From a bacterium (lineage in GTDB: Bacteria > Armatimonadota > Zipacnadia > Zipacnadales > Zipacnadaceae): 64,000 bases of DNA. The notes beneath the pieces are model-generated. The model was not told the DNA's origin and did no database searches. It saw only the letters and a list, made by a program, of their open reading frames with translations. A program made the position numbers and the translations under genes. The stretch is taken from positions 17,170-81,169 of the forward strand of contig JAUVZM010000004.1 in assembly GCA_030602615.1 (NCBI GenBank). The letters run 5' to 3'. Below are positions 36,833-45,420 of the stretch, piece by piece. The first letter of the stretch is position 1. Each line of letters opens with the position of its first letter.

Positions 36833-38098
36833 ATGCCATTTATGGATTATGACATAGCTGATATCAAGCTTAAAGAAGCAGGAGCGACGCGCATCGAGTG
36901 GGCGGGGCGGCAGATGCCGGTGCTGAGGCTGATTCGCGAGCGCTTCGCGGCCGACCAGCTGCTGACCGGGGAGCGCATCGGCTGCTGCTTGCATGTCACC
37001 TCCGAGACAGCCAACCTGATGCGGACGCTGCAAGCGGGTGGCGCGGAGGTCGCCCTGTGTGCCAGCAACCCGCTGAGCACCCAGGACGAGGTGGCGGCCA
37101 GTATGGTCGCCGACTACGAAGTGGCAGTCTATGCCCGGCACAGCGAGGACCGCGACACCTACTACCAGCACATCAATCAAGTTCTGGATATCAATCCGAC
37201 GATCACTATTGACGACGGAGCGGATTTGATCTCGACGCTGCACTCCCAGCGCCAGGAACAGATCGAAGGCATCAAGGCGGGTATGGAAGAGACGACAACC
37301 GGGGTAATCCGGCTGCGGGCGATGGCTGCCGACGGAGCTTTGCGCTACCCGCTCATTGCCGTCAATGATGCCAACACCAAGCACCTGTTTGATAACTACT
37401 ACGGCACCGGCCAGAGCACAATTGACGGGATTCTGCGGGCGACCAACATATTGATCGCTGGTAAGAACTTGGTAGTCTGCGGCTACGGTGACTGCGGTCG
37501 GGGCGTCGCGATGCGGGCGGCAGGGATGGGGGCCAAGGTAATCATCTGCGAGGTGGAGCCACTGCGGGCGCTGCGCGCGGCTATGGACGGATACCAGGTC
37601 ATGCCCATCGGCGAAGCGGCGCAAATCGGCGACATTTTTGTCACCGTTACTGGCGACAAGTCGGTGATTCGCCGCGAGCACTTTGCGGTGATGAAAGACG
37701 GCGCGGTGCTGGCCAACTCGGGTCACTTTGACGTGGAGATTGACTTGACCGACCTGCGCGATATCAGCACAAGTGTTCGCACCATTCGGCCCAATCTGGA
37801 GGCATATCACCTGGAGGATGGCCGCCAGCTATTCGTAATTGGGCAGGGGCGGCTGGCCAACCTGGCCGCCGCCGAAGGGCACCCGGCCTCGGTGATGGAT
37901 ATGAGCTTCAGCAATCAGGCGCTCTGTGCTGAATATGTGGCGGGGCTAGGTGAGCCGCTGCCGGTGGCTGTTCATACGGTCCCCCAGCACATTGATGAGC
38001 AAATTGCCGCCCTGAAGCTTAAAACAATGGGCATATCCATAGACAGCCTGACCCCCCAGCAGGAAGAGTACCTGTCCAGTTGGGAGATGGGAACGTAG
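36833..38098 (+). CDS. ahcY: adenosylhomocysteinase
   Basis: NAD-binding [34 protein letters not shown] and conserved N-terminal substrate domain. Confidence 0.9.
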   Translation: MPFMDYDIADIKLKEAGATRIEWAGRQMPVLRLIRERFAADQLLTGERIGCCLHVTSETANLMRTLQAGGAEVALCASNPLSTQDEVAASMVADYEVAVYARHSEDRDTYYQHINQVLDINPTITIDDGADLISTLHSQRQEQIEGIKAGMEETTTGVIRLRAMAADGALRYPLIAVNDANTKHLFDNYYGTGQSTIDGILRATNILIAGKNLVVCGYGDCGRGVAMRAAGMGAKVIICEVEPLRALRAAMDGYQVMPIGEAAQIGDIFVTVTGDKSVIRREHFAVMKDGAVLANSGHFDVEIDLTDLRDISTSVRTIRPNLEAYHLEDGRQLFVIGQGRLANLAAAEGHPASVMDMSFSNQALCAEYVAGLGEPLPVAVHTVPQHIDEQIAALKLKTMGISIDSLTPQQEEYLSSWEMGT

Positions 38099-38146
38099 AA
38101 CAGCAGCACAACGGCAGCCCAACAGCAGCACAATAACCGAACCGGC

Positions 38147-38195
38147 ATCCGCCTTCGCCTCCTCCTCCGCGAAAGCTACGGCGGACGAGGCCGCA
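38147..38195. repeat. repeat-C copy followed by REP-A-like variant hairpin (gcgggggaaccccg...)
   Basis: gcatccgccttcgcc...gcgaaagctacggcggacgagg. Confidence 0.45.
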
Positions 38196-38378
38196 AAGAC
38201 TTTTGAGAGTAGACGGGCGAGGAACAGCTTTGCGGGGGAACCCCGTTATGAAGAAAGTGGCTTCCCCCACACCCCCACCGCAAAGACGTTTAGTAGCGCG
38301 CAGACCCCCGGGGTCGTCCCTACGACCCGGGGGTTCTGCGCTTCAATGTAAGGGGAGAGGGTGCAGGAACGTCAGCAT

Positions 38379-38448
38379 AGAGACAGGATAAGAACAGGTC
38401 CAGAGATAGCATAAGAACAGGTCCAGAAACAGGATAACAACAGGCCAG
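38379..38448 (+). promoter_or_regulatory. three imperfect ~22-bp direct repeats (acaggataagaacaggtccaga / gatagcataagaacaggtccaga / aacaggataacaacaggccagca), candidate operator array
   Basis: located ~85 nt upstream of the second XRE-ImmA gene. Confidence 0.4.
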
Positions 38449-38534
38449 CAGCAAACAACCCGCGAGTCCCTTGACACGGCGTAGCTATTGTGCTATAATA
38501 AGAATGTGAGAAAATCTCACATGGGGTGCCCGCA

Positions 38535-39674
38535 ATGGACGTTGGTCGTCAAGTAAAGAGAGCACGTGAGGAACTGGGATACACCCAGGAGGAGCTCGCA
38601 AGAGCTGTGCGACTGGGGAGGGAAGCCATTATTCACGTCGAAGACGGCTCTCGAACAGTAAAAGTCGGAGAGCTTTGGAACATCGCGCATGAATTGATGC
38701 GGCCTCTGACATACTTCTTGCTGGACGAAGAACCTGAGCAACTGGCCGTGGTGGCACACAGAGGAGGGGAAGGCACGACAAGAGGGGTGAAGAAGGCAGA
38801 GCTCTGGCTACGTCAAAGGCTGGCTGATTTCGCTGAGTTGCACTACTTGTTCAACGTAGGTGGATATGAAACTGCGAAGACGGTGATGCTGCGCAGTGGT
38901 GATGCCTGGCAGGAATCGGTTCGCGCAGCACTTGAGCAACGCAAATTGATGGGCCTTGGCCACGAGCCAATCCGCGATTTATGTGACGTCATCGAAGACG
39001 GGATGGGGGTGCCCATATTTGGCTGGCGGGTGAATGATGATGAGGATTTCTGCGGCATGCTGCTGTTTGACCGCAGCACTCAATCAGCAGCAATATTGGT
39101 AAACTCGGGTCTTCGGTACGCAAGTCGGCGTCGCTTTACCATTGCACACGAATTTGGCCATTATATATGGAAGACCTCTCGACAAGAATTTTCACCAGAT
39201 GTGCTGTTCTACTCGCAGGTAGGAGGTGCGAACAGTTCACAGGAGGAGCGGTTTGCAAATAACTTCGCCGCCCACTTTATGGCTCCAGACGAGGGCATTC
39301 GACAGGTCGTGGCGCAAGGGCAACTCGACCCGTGCGATCCCGAGTCTGTGATGCGAGTGGGAGCGGAGTTTGGCCTCAGTTTTCAGACTACCACATACAG
39401 GCTGCAGAATATGGAACTCATCGGGGTTGATGATGCTGAGAGGCTAAGAGAGACGACTAGGCCCACCTTGTTGCGGGCGTTTCGGTCAGAGCGGGAGCCG
39501 TTCGCCACTGTGTCTTCTCTGTTCCATAGAATGGTCATCGAGGCGTATTTTGGGGGTTCACTATCTGCCGGACGATGTGCAGAGATGGTGGATATGACGA
39601 CCGCAGAATTCACCGAGTCTCTTGATGAAGCGAACAAGGATGCGCGTGCGAGCAAATGGGTTACATCCGGCTAG
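38535..39674 (+). CDS. HTH_XRE + ImmA/IrrE-family (COG2856) zinc metallopeptidase, cassette 2
   Basis: XRE HTH (LGYTQEELARAVRLGREAI); HExxH as IAHEFGHYIWK; alternative GTG start 38526. Confidence 0.75.
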   Translation: MDVGRQVKRAREELGYTQEELARAVRLGREAIIHVEDGSRTVKVGELWNIAHELMRPLTYFLLDEEPEQLAVVAHRGGEGTTRGVKKAELWLRQRLADFAELHYLFNVGGYETAKTVMLRSGDAWQESVRAALEQRKLMGLGHEPIRDLCDVIEDGMGVPIFGWRVNDDEDFCGMLLFDRSTQSAAILVNSGLRYASRRRFTIAHEFGHYIWKTSRQEFSPDVLFYSQVGGANSSQEERFANNFAAHFMAPDEGIRQVVAQGQLDPCDPESVMRVGAEFGLSFQTTTYRLQNMELIGVDDAERLRETTRPTLLRAFRSEREPFATVSSLFHRMVIEAYFGGSLSAGRCAEMVDMTTAEFTESLDEANKDARASKWVTSG

Positions 39675-40126
39675 TGGACTCGAGCATTTGGATTGCGTTC
39701 CATCATCTTGGAAGATTGGATATACTGCTAAAACTGCCGGGGATCAAGATCGTGCCGCAGGTGTTATACGAACTCAGGCGAGGGACAGACGACTTGGCGC
39801 AGAGAGTTGCGCACCTAGAGGATGGCACTGTTGAACAGTTGGAGGTCGACTGCGAGGTGCGTGATACAATGCTCGCCATAGGTCAGTTCCATTACGGCAT
39901 TGGAACAGCTGATGCCGTCCAAGTTGTTTACGCCAAGCTCTGCAAAGAAGTCATTCTCTATATGCGAGATACAGATGCAGAGAGAGTTGGCGTGAAATTC
40001 GGCACCTTCGTTAGGCAACATGGCGCCCTTGTAGAGGATATGCGCGAGTTGGGCATACTATCCCCAGCGGAGGAGAAGACACTGCGGCGGGATCTAGACA
40101 ATTACTTCCCATTGCAGAGCAAATGA
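39656..40126 (+). CDS. PIN-like nuclease-fold protein, cassette 2 partner
   Basis: N-terminal IRLVDSSIWIAF (PIN-like first strand with Asp); overlaps upstream gene by 19 nt. Confidence 0.5.
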   Translation: MGYIRLVDSSIWIAFHHLGRLDILLKLPGIKIVPQVLYELRRGTDDLAQRVAHLEDGTVEQLEVDCEVRDTMLAIGQFHYGIGTADAVQVVYAKLCKEVILYMRDTDAERVGVKFGTFVRQHGALVEDMRELGILSPAEEKTLRRDLDNYFPLQSK

Positions 40127-40259
40127 CGTACTGGGCGGGCTAACTTGGCCCGTGAGGCTGTGAGAGCGGCAGCGGCAATGGGGGATAGGCGGATTTGTGG
40201 GTGATTGTTGTTGGGGAAGCAGATAATCGGTGAATACATAAGATTGGAGGTGTTCCTAA

Positions 40260-40532
40260 ATGAGACGCAAGGAAAAGGTCACAAAAGTCATCGATGGCGA
40301 TACGTTCGAAACGGACAGCCGCAAGAACTCTGTGCGCTTGGCCAACGTGGATACACCAGAGAAGGGGCAGCGGGGTGCTGCCGGAGCACGGGAAAAGCTG
40401 AAAAAGCTCATAGCGGGGGAAGATGTTGGCATTGAGACGGTAGCGCGTGACAAGTACGGCCGCAGCGTCGCTAGGGTGTACCTCGGGCGTGAGTCCGTGA
40501 ACAAGAAGATGCAAGCCAAAGGCAAGAAATAG
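40260..40532 (+). CDS. small thermonuclease (SNase-like) family protein
   Basis: VIDGDTFE...VRLANVDTPEKG SNase core; 90 aa. Confidence 0.6.
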   Translation: MRRKEKVTKVIDGDTFETDSRKNSVRLANVDTPEKGQRGAAGAREKLKKLIAGEDVGIETVARDKYGRSVARVYLGRESVNKKMQAKGKK

Positions 40533-40574
40533 CGGTTAACTGAGGCGGGGGGCGGCGATAGGGGCAGGACAGGG

Positions 40575-40607
40575 GCGGGGCATCCGCCGTCGCTAAAGCT
40601 ATGGCGG
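40575..40607. repeat. repeat-C copy within G-rich tract
   Basis: gggcatccgccgtcgctaaagctatggcggac. Confidence 0.45.
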
Positions 40608-40780
40608 ACAATACATAAGCAACATGACGGGAGCGGGAAACGGTGGCTGGAGGGCTGCCGTTCGTGGTGTCTGGGCGCAAGTTAGCAGGATAGGAAGGGG
40701 GTGGGGAGCGTGGTGGGACCAAACAATAAGCGCACTATAGGCGTCTAATGTAATAGGCTTGTATAACTAAGAAAAGCGAG

Positions 40781-41221
40781 GTGAGTCAAATGTCAGGTAC
40801 TATGGGATTCAGAAGTGTAGGACTGATCGTAGCCATAGCGCTGGCCGGTACGGTCTATACCGCCAGGCCTGCCCACGCCGGGGGGGACCTGGGTAAAGTG
40901 CTGGCCGGCGCAGTAGTAGGCTACCTGGTCTACAAAGCGCTGGATGACGATGACTCAGGCCCGCGGCACCACCAACGGCGCTACAAGCCCGCGCCGCCGC
41001 GGCATCACCCCGGCCGATTTGTCTGTAAGAGATGGGGTCACCACAGGTGGGGCCAGAGGTGTGACCACCGGGGCTGCGAGCGCGACCGGGGCCGAGACCA
41101 CGACTGGGACCGGGATCGCGACCGGGGCCGAGACCGCGGGTACGGCTGGGGCAATGGGCGTGAGCAGGGCGGGAGAGGTGGCCGGGACTACGGTGGGCGC
41201 AGGGGCGGCGGCCATCGCTGA
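40781..41221 (+). CDS. secreted low-complexity His/Arg/Asp/Gly-rich protein (RD-repeat tail)
   Basis: signal peptide then HHQRRYKPAPPRHHPGR...RDRGRDHDWDRDRDRGRDRGYGWG. Confidence 0.4.
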   Translation: MSQMSGTMGFRSVGLIVAIALAGTVYTARPAHAGGDLGKVLAGAVVGYLVYKALDDDDSGPRHHQRRYKPAPPRHHPGRFVCKRWGHHRWGQRCDHRGCERDRGRDHDWDRDRDRGRDRGYGWGNGREQGGRGGRDYGGRRGGGHR

Positions 41222-41446
41222 GGGGTAGGCCGGGCCCGAAGCTATCAGTCGAGAAGAGCGACAATGTAGTCAAGGAGGACAATCTCGTAGGCGGCAGTGT
41301 CAGGATGAGCGGCCAGAGCGGGATTGTCCTCCCGTAGTTGCTGGCGGGTGGGATGAGTGGCTATTTCTGTTCGATGAGGATTATGGTGATGTTGGCTTCG
41401 TCTTTGCTCTGCTGGACGGCAACGGAAGTCATATCGGGGGGCTCGG

Positions 41447-41665
41447 CTATACCTTGTCCCGGAGAAAGCCGCTCAGAGAGATGACTTCATACCCGTGATC
41501 CTCGTGCAGGTATCGTGCAACAGTCGAGCGCCCCGCTCCGTAATGTCCCATGATAGCTATAACCCAATTCGCTAGCATTGTCTTGTCATACTGCCCCATC
41601 TGCAAGTCGTGGCATTTCCTCCCGGTCCAACAAATAGGGCCAGAATCCCTTCCCTCCTCTAACAT
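41447..41665 (-). pseudogene. truncated P-loop kinase-like fragment
   Basis: Walker A-like IAIMGHYGAGRSTVARYL but only 72 aa. Confidence 0.25.
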
Positions 41666-41749
41666 GCGAAATATGAGAATGCCCCGTCACGGCATTCCCC
41701 CCGCAACAGGCTCTAGGCGAGGGCACCCTCGCCCCCGACTCTGTTGATA

Positions 41750-42856
41750 TCATTTGATTGCATACAGGTCCAGAGCACCGAGCGGTTGAGTCATTACACC
41801 GTCGGCCCACAGCGGATGGGTCAGGGCGGTTGGAGGATTGAGCTGGTCAGTAAACAAGTAGAAGGGCAACGACTTGCCCTCGATGCGTAAGTGATCCAGC
41901 GAGACCGCCAGTTCGTATAATGCCCCGCCATTCACGCTGCGATGTATGCGTACATAAGCCATCTTCTCCGGGACATTGTCCAACAAGGTGTAGGCTTCAC
42001 GGCTGGACAGCATAAACGGCGAATCCTCCCGCTTGACCTCGACAAACGCCAGTTCCGACCCCAGTGATTCTTGAATTTGCCCGATCAGCTCATCCGACGC
42101 CCCTACCACGATCTTGGGAGCAATATACTCACGCCCCAGCTCCAGCTCGACCTCGACAGCCCGCAGCAACTCCGCTTCGGTAGCCACGCGAAAATTGCCC
42201 AACACAAACTCCTCAAAGCTCATCGCTTTGCCGATTTCCGCCAGGACGTTAGGCTCGCTGGTGCAGAAGAAATTAGCACACTTGACTGGCTTCCAGCGAC
42301 CCGCCAGGCAGCCGTCGGCATGAAATAGACACCACGGCGGGGCAATGCGCCGACCGGTGAGACGAAAGCTGGCCCCGGTCTGGCTGGCCACTTCGATGAG
42401 CATCTGTGTTCCTCCGGGCAATGCCTGAATCACCCGCAGGGCATTAGCGCGGATGCCGGAAAAACGCTGCAGGTAGCTGAAGGTCTTCCGGTCTATTTCA
42501 AAGTCTGACTCGAGAAAATCGCAAAACTGCTGCCACGCCTCCAGGTGGGCACCCAGTTTCTCCCGCTCCTCTTTGTACTTATACTTAGTAGGCAACTGCG
42601 CAGCGACGTGTTCCAGAGCAGTCAAGTCAGTGCGCAGCTCAGCCGCATGGCGTTTGAGCCCCTCGCGCAGGATTTGCTCGCGGCCCTCCTCGAGCAGTGT
42701 TCCCTTGTGCAGGCGCAGCAGATCACGGCTGCCCATCATCGTTCCCTGATGGCAGCAGCTATTTCCACAGGCACCGCAGACCCGGTCAATAATCCCATCC
42801 AGCTTCTGCGAGGCTGCCCTAACAGCCTCCACAAGCGTCTTCAACGAGTCACTCAT
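41750..42856 (-). CDS. hypothetical protein with N-terminal CxxCxxCC (YkgJ/UPF0153-like) metal-binding motif
   Basis: CGACGNSCCHQG; 368 aa; start overlaps upstream enolase-superfamily gene. Confidence 0.45.
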   Translation of the reverse strand: MSDSLKTLVEAVRAASQKLDGIIDRVCGACGNSCCHQGTMMGSRDLLRLHKGTLLEEGREQILREGLKRHAAELRTDLTALEHVAAQLPTKYKYKEEREKLGAHLEAWQQFCDFLESDFEIDRKTFSYLQRFSGIRANALRVIQALPGGTQMLIEVASQTGASFRLTGRRIAPPWCLFHADGCLAGRWKPVKCANFFCTSEPNVLAEIGKAMSFEEFVLGNFRVATEAELLRAVEVELELGREYIAPKIVVGASDELIGQIQESLGSELAFVEVKREDSPFMLSSREAYTLLDNVPEKMAYVRIHRSVNGGALYELAVSLDHLRIEGKSLPFYLFTDQLNPPTALTHPLWADGVMTQPLGALDLYAIK

Positions 42857-43928
42857 CAGGCTCCTGCACTTCCCAGTGATCCAGCTTCAGCTCGCCGCCC
42901 AGGCCAGGCTCGTCACCCAGGCTGATGAAACCGTCAGTGAACTGGGCGGAGGTGACAAACAGATCTCCCCGGCCTGCGACGAAGTCAGCAGGCAGGCCCA
43001 GCGGCATAGCCACCGGACAGCTCGCCGACAGATGAGCTGCCGCCAGAGTAGTCAGCGGTGAGACCCCCCCAGCAAATGCCACCCGCATACCCTCCAGTCG
43101 GGCCAGATCAGCTACCCGGCGCGCGACTGTAATACCGCAGCACCGCGGATCTACTACCACCACATCCACAGCCTGCGCTCGGACAAGCTCGTAGAACTGC
43201 TTGATTCCGCACAGGTCACGGCCAGCCGCAAGCGGCAGGTCGGTGCCGGCCCGCAACTTCGCATACGCTTTGCCCTGGGCGCTGGGCAGCAGGTTCTCAC
43301 ACCAGAACAGCTCCAGCCTCTCCAGTTGTTCGGCCGCCTGCTGGGCGGATTCGAGGTCCGAGCAGCTTTCCACTACTTGCAACATCAGCCGACGATTGGT
43401 ACCAATCTCTTCGCGAATTCGCTCAACAGCCCGCAGGCTCTCAGGATTGACCTGCTTAATAGTGATACCGACACCCCCGACAGCCTGCTCGGCGCAATTG
43501 GCAAGCCAACCCAGCAGTTGCTGCGCGTCGCCCATCACCGGGGGGGCCAACATGTAAGTATCTACCGACGAGAAGTAAGCTCCTCCCAATAACTGATACA
43601 GCGGCACTGCATAAGCCTGGGCCGCCAACTCCCACAACGCCATGTCCACAGCACTCAGGGCGCCGGCATATTCGCTCAGCGGCCACTTCTGGGCCTGGAG
43701 TGTGCCCGCCATCTGCTCCCAAAGTTGACCTCGGGTGCGCACTGGCCTGTCAGCGAGCAGCGGCTCGAATAGACCAGCGGCTTCCGCCAGATGATCAACA
43801 GACGGGACCAGCGCCTCTGCCAGGCCGACAGCGCCGGTATCCGTTGAGATGCGCATCAGGTGAGTGATCTGGTGGACATCTGCAGCGGATGGGCGGACTG
43901 AAAGCCAACTCAGGCTAGCTATTTTCAC
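42849..43928 (-). CDS. enolase-superfamily enzyme (mandelate racemase/muconate lactonizing enzyme-like)
   Basis: length and C-terminal barrel D/E pattern typical of MR/MLE; no specific subgroup assignable. Confidence 0.5.
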   Translation of the reverse strand: MKIASLSWLSVRPSAADVHQITHLMRISTDTGAVGLAEALVPSVDHLAEAAGLFEPLLADRPVRTRGQLWEQMAGTLQAQKWPLSEYAGALSAVDMALWELAAQAYAVPLYQLLGGAYFSSVDTYMLAPPVMGDAQQLLGWLANCAEQAVGGVGITIKQVNPESLRAVERIREEIGTNRRLMLQVVESCSDLESAQQAAEQLERLELFWCENLLPSAQGKAYAKLRAGTDLPLAAGRDLCGIKQFYELVRAQAVDVVVVDPRCCGITVARRVADLARLEGMRVAFAGGVSPLTTLAAAHLSASCPVAMPLGLPADFVAGRGDLFVTSAQFTDGFISLGDEPGLGGELKLDHWEVQEPDE

Positions 43929-44007
43929 GAAATTAGAACCTCAGGCGGGCGTACCGTAGCAGCTCTGATGCCCAGTGAACGAATCCTACATCGCTGGGTG
44001 GAATACT

Positions 44008-44697
44008 TCACTGCTCTTCCAGCCGGTAGCCAATGCCGGGGACCGTAGTCAGCCGGGCTGGTTGCTGAGGGTCGTCCTCGAGCTTGGCGCGCAGTCGCCC
44101 GACATGTACATCGAGGCTGCGGCTGCTGGCGCTAAGCTCTCCGGCCCATACCTGCTCTATGATCTCTTCGCGCGGGATGGCCCGCCCGGCATTTCGCACC
44201 AAATAGGTCAGCAGAGCAAACTCACGCGGAGTCAGTTCTACGGCCTCATCGTCCAGTGTGACCGTATACCTTGCCAGATCGACCCGTAACGGGCCGACAG
44301 TCAATTCGCCCGACCCCACGACGGGGCGACTGTATTTGGTAGTCCGGCGGATCTGCGCTCGCAGGTGAGTGACTATCTCGCGGGGCGAAAGCTCCATTGG
44401 CAAGCACTCATCGCCACCCCAGTCAAGTATGTCAACAACCAGGTCAACGTCCGGCTGGTCAGCCAGAACCACTATTGGTAGATCAGTCTCTTCGGCCAGT
44501 GCCCGAAAAGATTCCTCCTGAGAATCCGGCACCCTATCCCACACGATTAGCAAAGCATCCCAGGATTCGTCGAGGGAGGACATCAACTTGTCCAGCGACC
44601 GAACCCGGGTGAAACCAACGGCTCCTCCCGGCATACCAGCCGACTGGAGGGATTCAATGAGGTTTTCATCTCCGAGGACTAGTACCTGTTGAGGCAT
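44008..44697 (-). CDS. OmpR/PhoB-type winged-helix response regulator (atypical receiver)
   Basis: C-terminal LTPREFALLTYLVRNAGRAIPREEI...GIGYRL; receiver lacks a canonical DD pair. Confidence 0.65.
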   Translation of the reverse strand: MPQQVLVLGDENLIESLQSAGMPGGAVGFTRVRSLDKLMSSLDESWDALLIVWDRVPDSQEESFRALAEETDLPIVVLADQPDVDLVVDILDWGGDECLPMELSPREIVTHLRAQIRRTTKYSRPVVGSGELTVGPLRVDLARYTVTLDDEAVELTPREFALLTYLVRNAGRAIPREEIIEQVWAGELSASSRSLDVHVGRLRAKLEDDPQQPARLTTVPGIGYRLEEQ

Positions 44698-44729
44698 CGC
44701 AGTTAGTCTCCAGATGCGACCTGTATATC

Positions 44730-45224
44730 TCAGGTTTCCTGGCGTTCGATGAAATCAAGCACGTCGGAAAGCCGAAAGCGGCGCTGATTACCCGGTGTTC
44801 GGAAGCACTTGAGCACGCCGCGCTTGGTATAGCGCCGGACAGTCGTTGGACATACGCCGATCAGAGTGGCTGTTTCCCTTAGCGTCAGAGTCGGATCAAG
44901 CAGGCGTTCGATGAGCTCTTCGCGGGTTTGCTTGGCGCCGGAGGCACCCTCAATTGTTTGGGCTTGCTGACGAGTCTGCCCAACATCCAGAGGCAGCCGC
45001 TGTTGGCGGGAGATAAGGGCCTGAAGGCGCCTGGCCTGCGCCTCGTCAGCTCGCTGTGCCACCTCGTCAGCAACCCTCTGCACTTCGGAGCGATCGTCGC
45101 GTTCGGCAGCCTCGGCCTCTCCCCCCCCCTCTTCCTGCCGCTTCTCGACCTTTTCTAGCTGCTCGTCGCGATACTTGATCCATTCGTGCATCAGCATAGC
45201 TACCCGACTCTCCCTAACCCGCAA
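44730..45224 (-). CDS. helix-turn-helix (MerR/excisionase-type) DNA-binding protein with acidic coiled-coil N-terminus
   Basis: C-terminal LTLRETATLIGVCPTTVRRYTKRGVL HTH. Confidence 0.5.
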   Translation of the reverse strand: MRVRESRVAMLMHEWIKYRDEQLEKVEKRQEEGGGEAEAAERDDRSEVQRVADEVAQRADEAQARRLQALISRQQRLPLDVGQTRQQAQTIEGASGAKQTREELIERLLDPTLTLRETATLIGVCPTTVRRYTKRGVLKCFRTPGNQRRFRLSDVLDFIERQET

Positions 45225-45225
45225 A

Positions 45226-45351
45226 ATTCATAAACGGATTTTGCGGAAAACCCGCTTTTTGAAAAAAGCCGGTTTTCCGCACCTTTCCCGCCTGCGCTAT
45301 ACAAGCGTAGCTACGGCGGACAAGCCAGCAAAAACTTTAAGAGTGGAACAG
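45226..45351. repeat. REP-A element copy 8, interrupted by a 38-bp repeat-C insertion (45289-45326)
   Basis: chimeric copy: REP-A left part, repeat-C insert, REP-A right part ending gtggaacag. Confidence 0.7.
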
Positions 45352-45420
45352 TACGGCAGATAGGATACTGTTATGCCCCATAGGGGTCGAATAGTCTTCC
45401 TTAAGATGCCCAACTCTCAC

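Noticed and set aside
36302-37810. 502-aa minus-strand ORF
   Set aside because: Lies antisense to the unambiguous ahcY gene and the DUF4411-like gene; GC-driven open frame.
41550-41810. Short ORFs on both strands near the P-loop fragment
   Set aside because: No coding signal; region looks like decayed remnant between SNase/RD-protein genes and the YkgJ-like operon.
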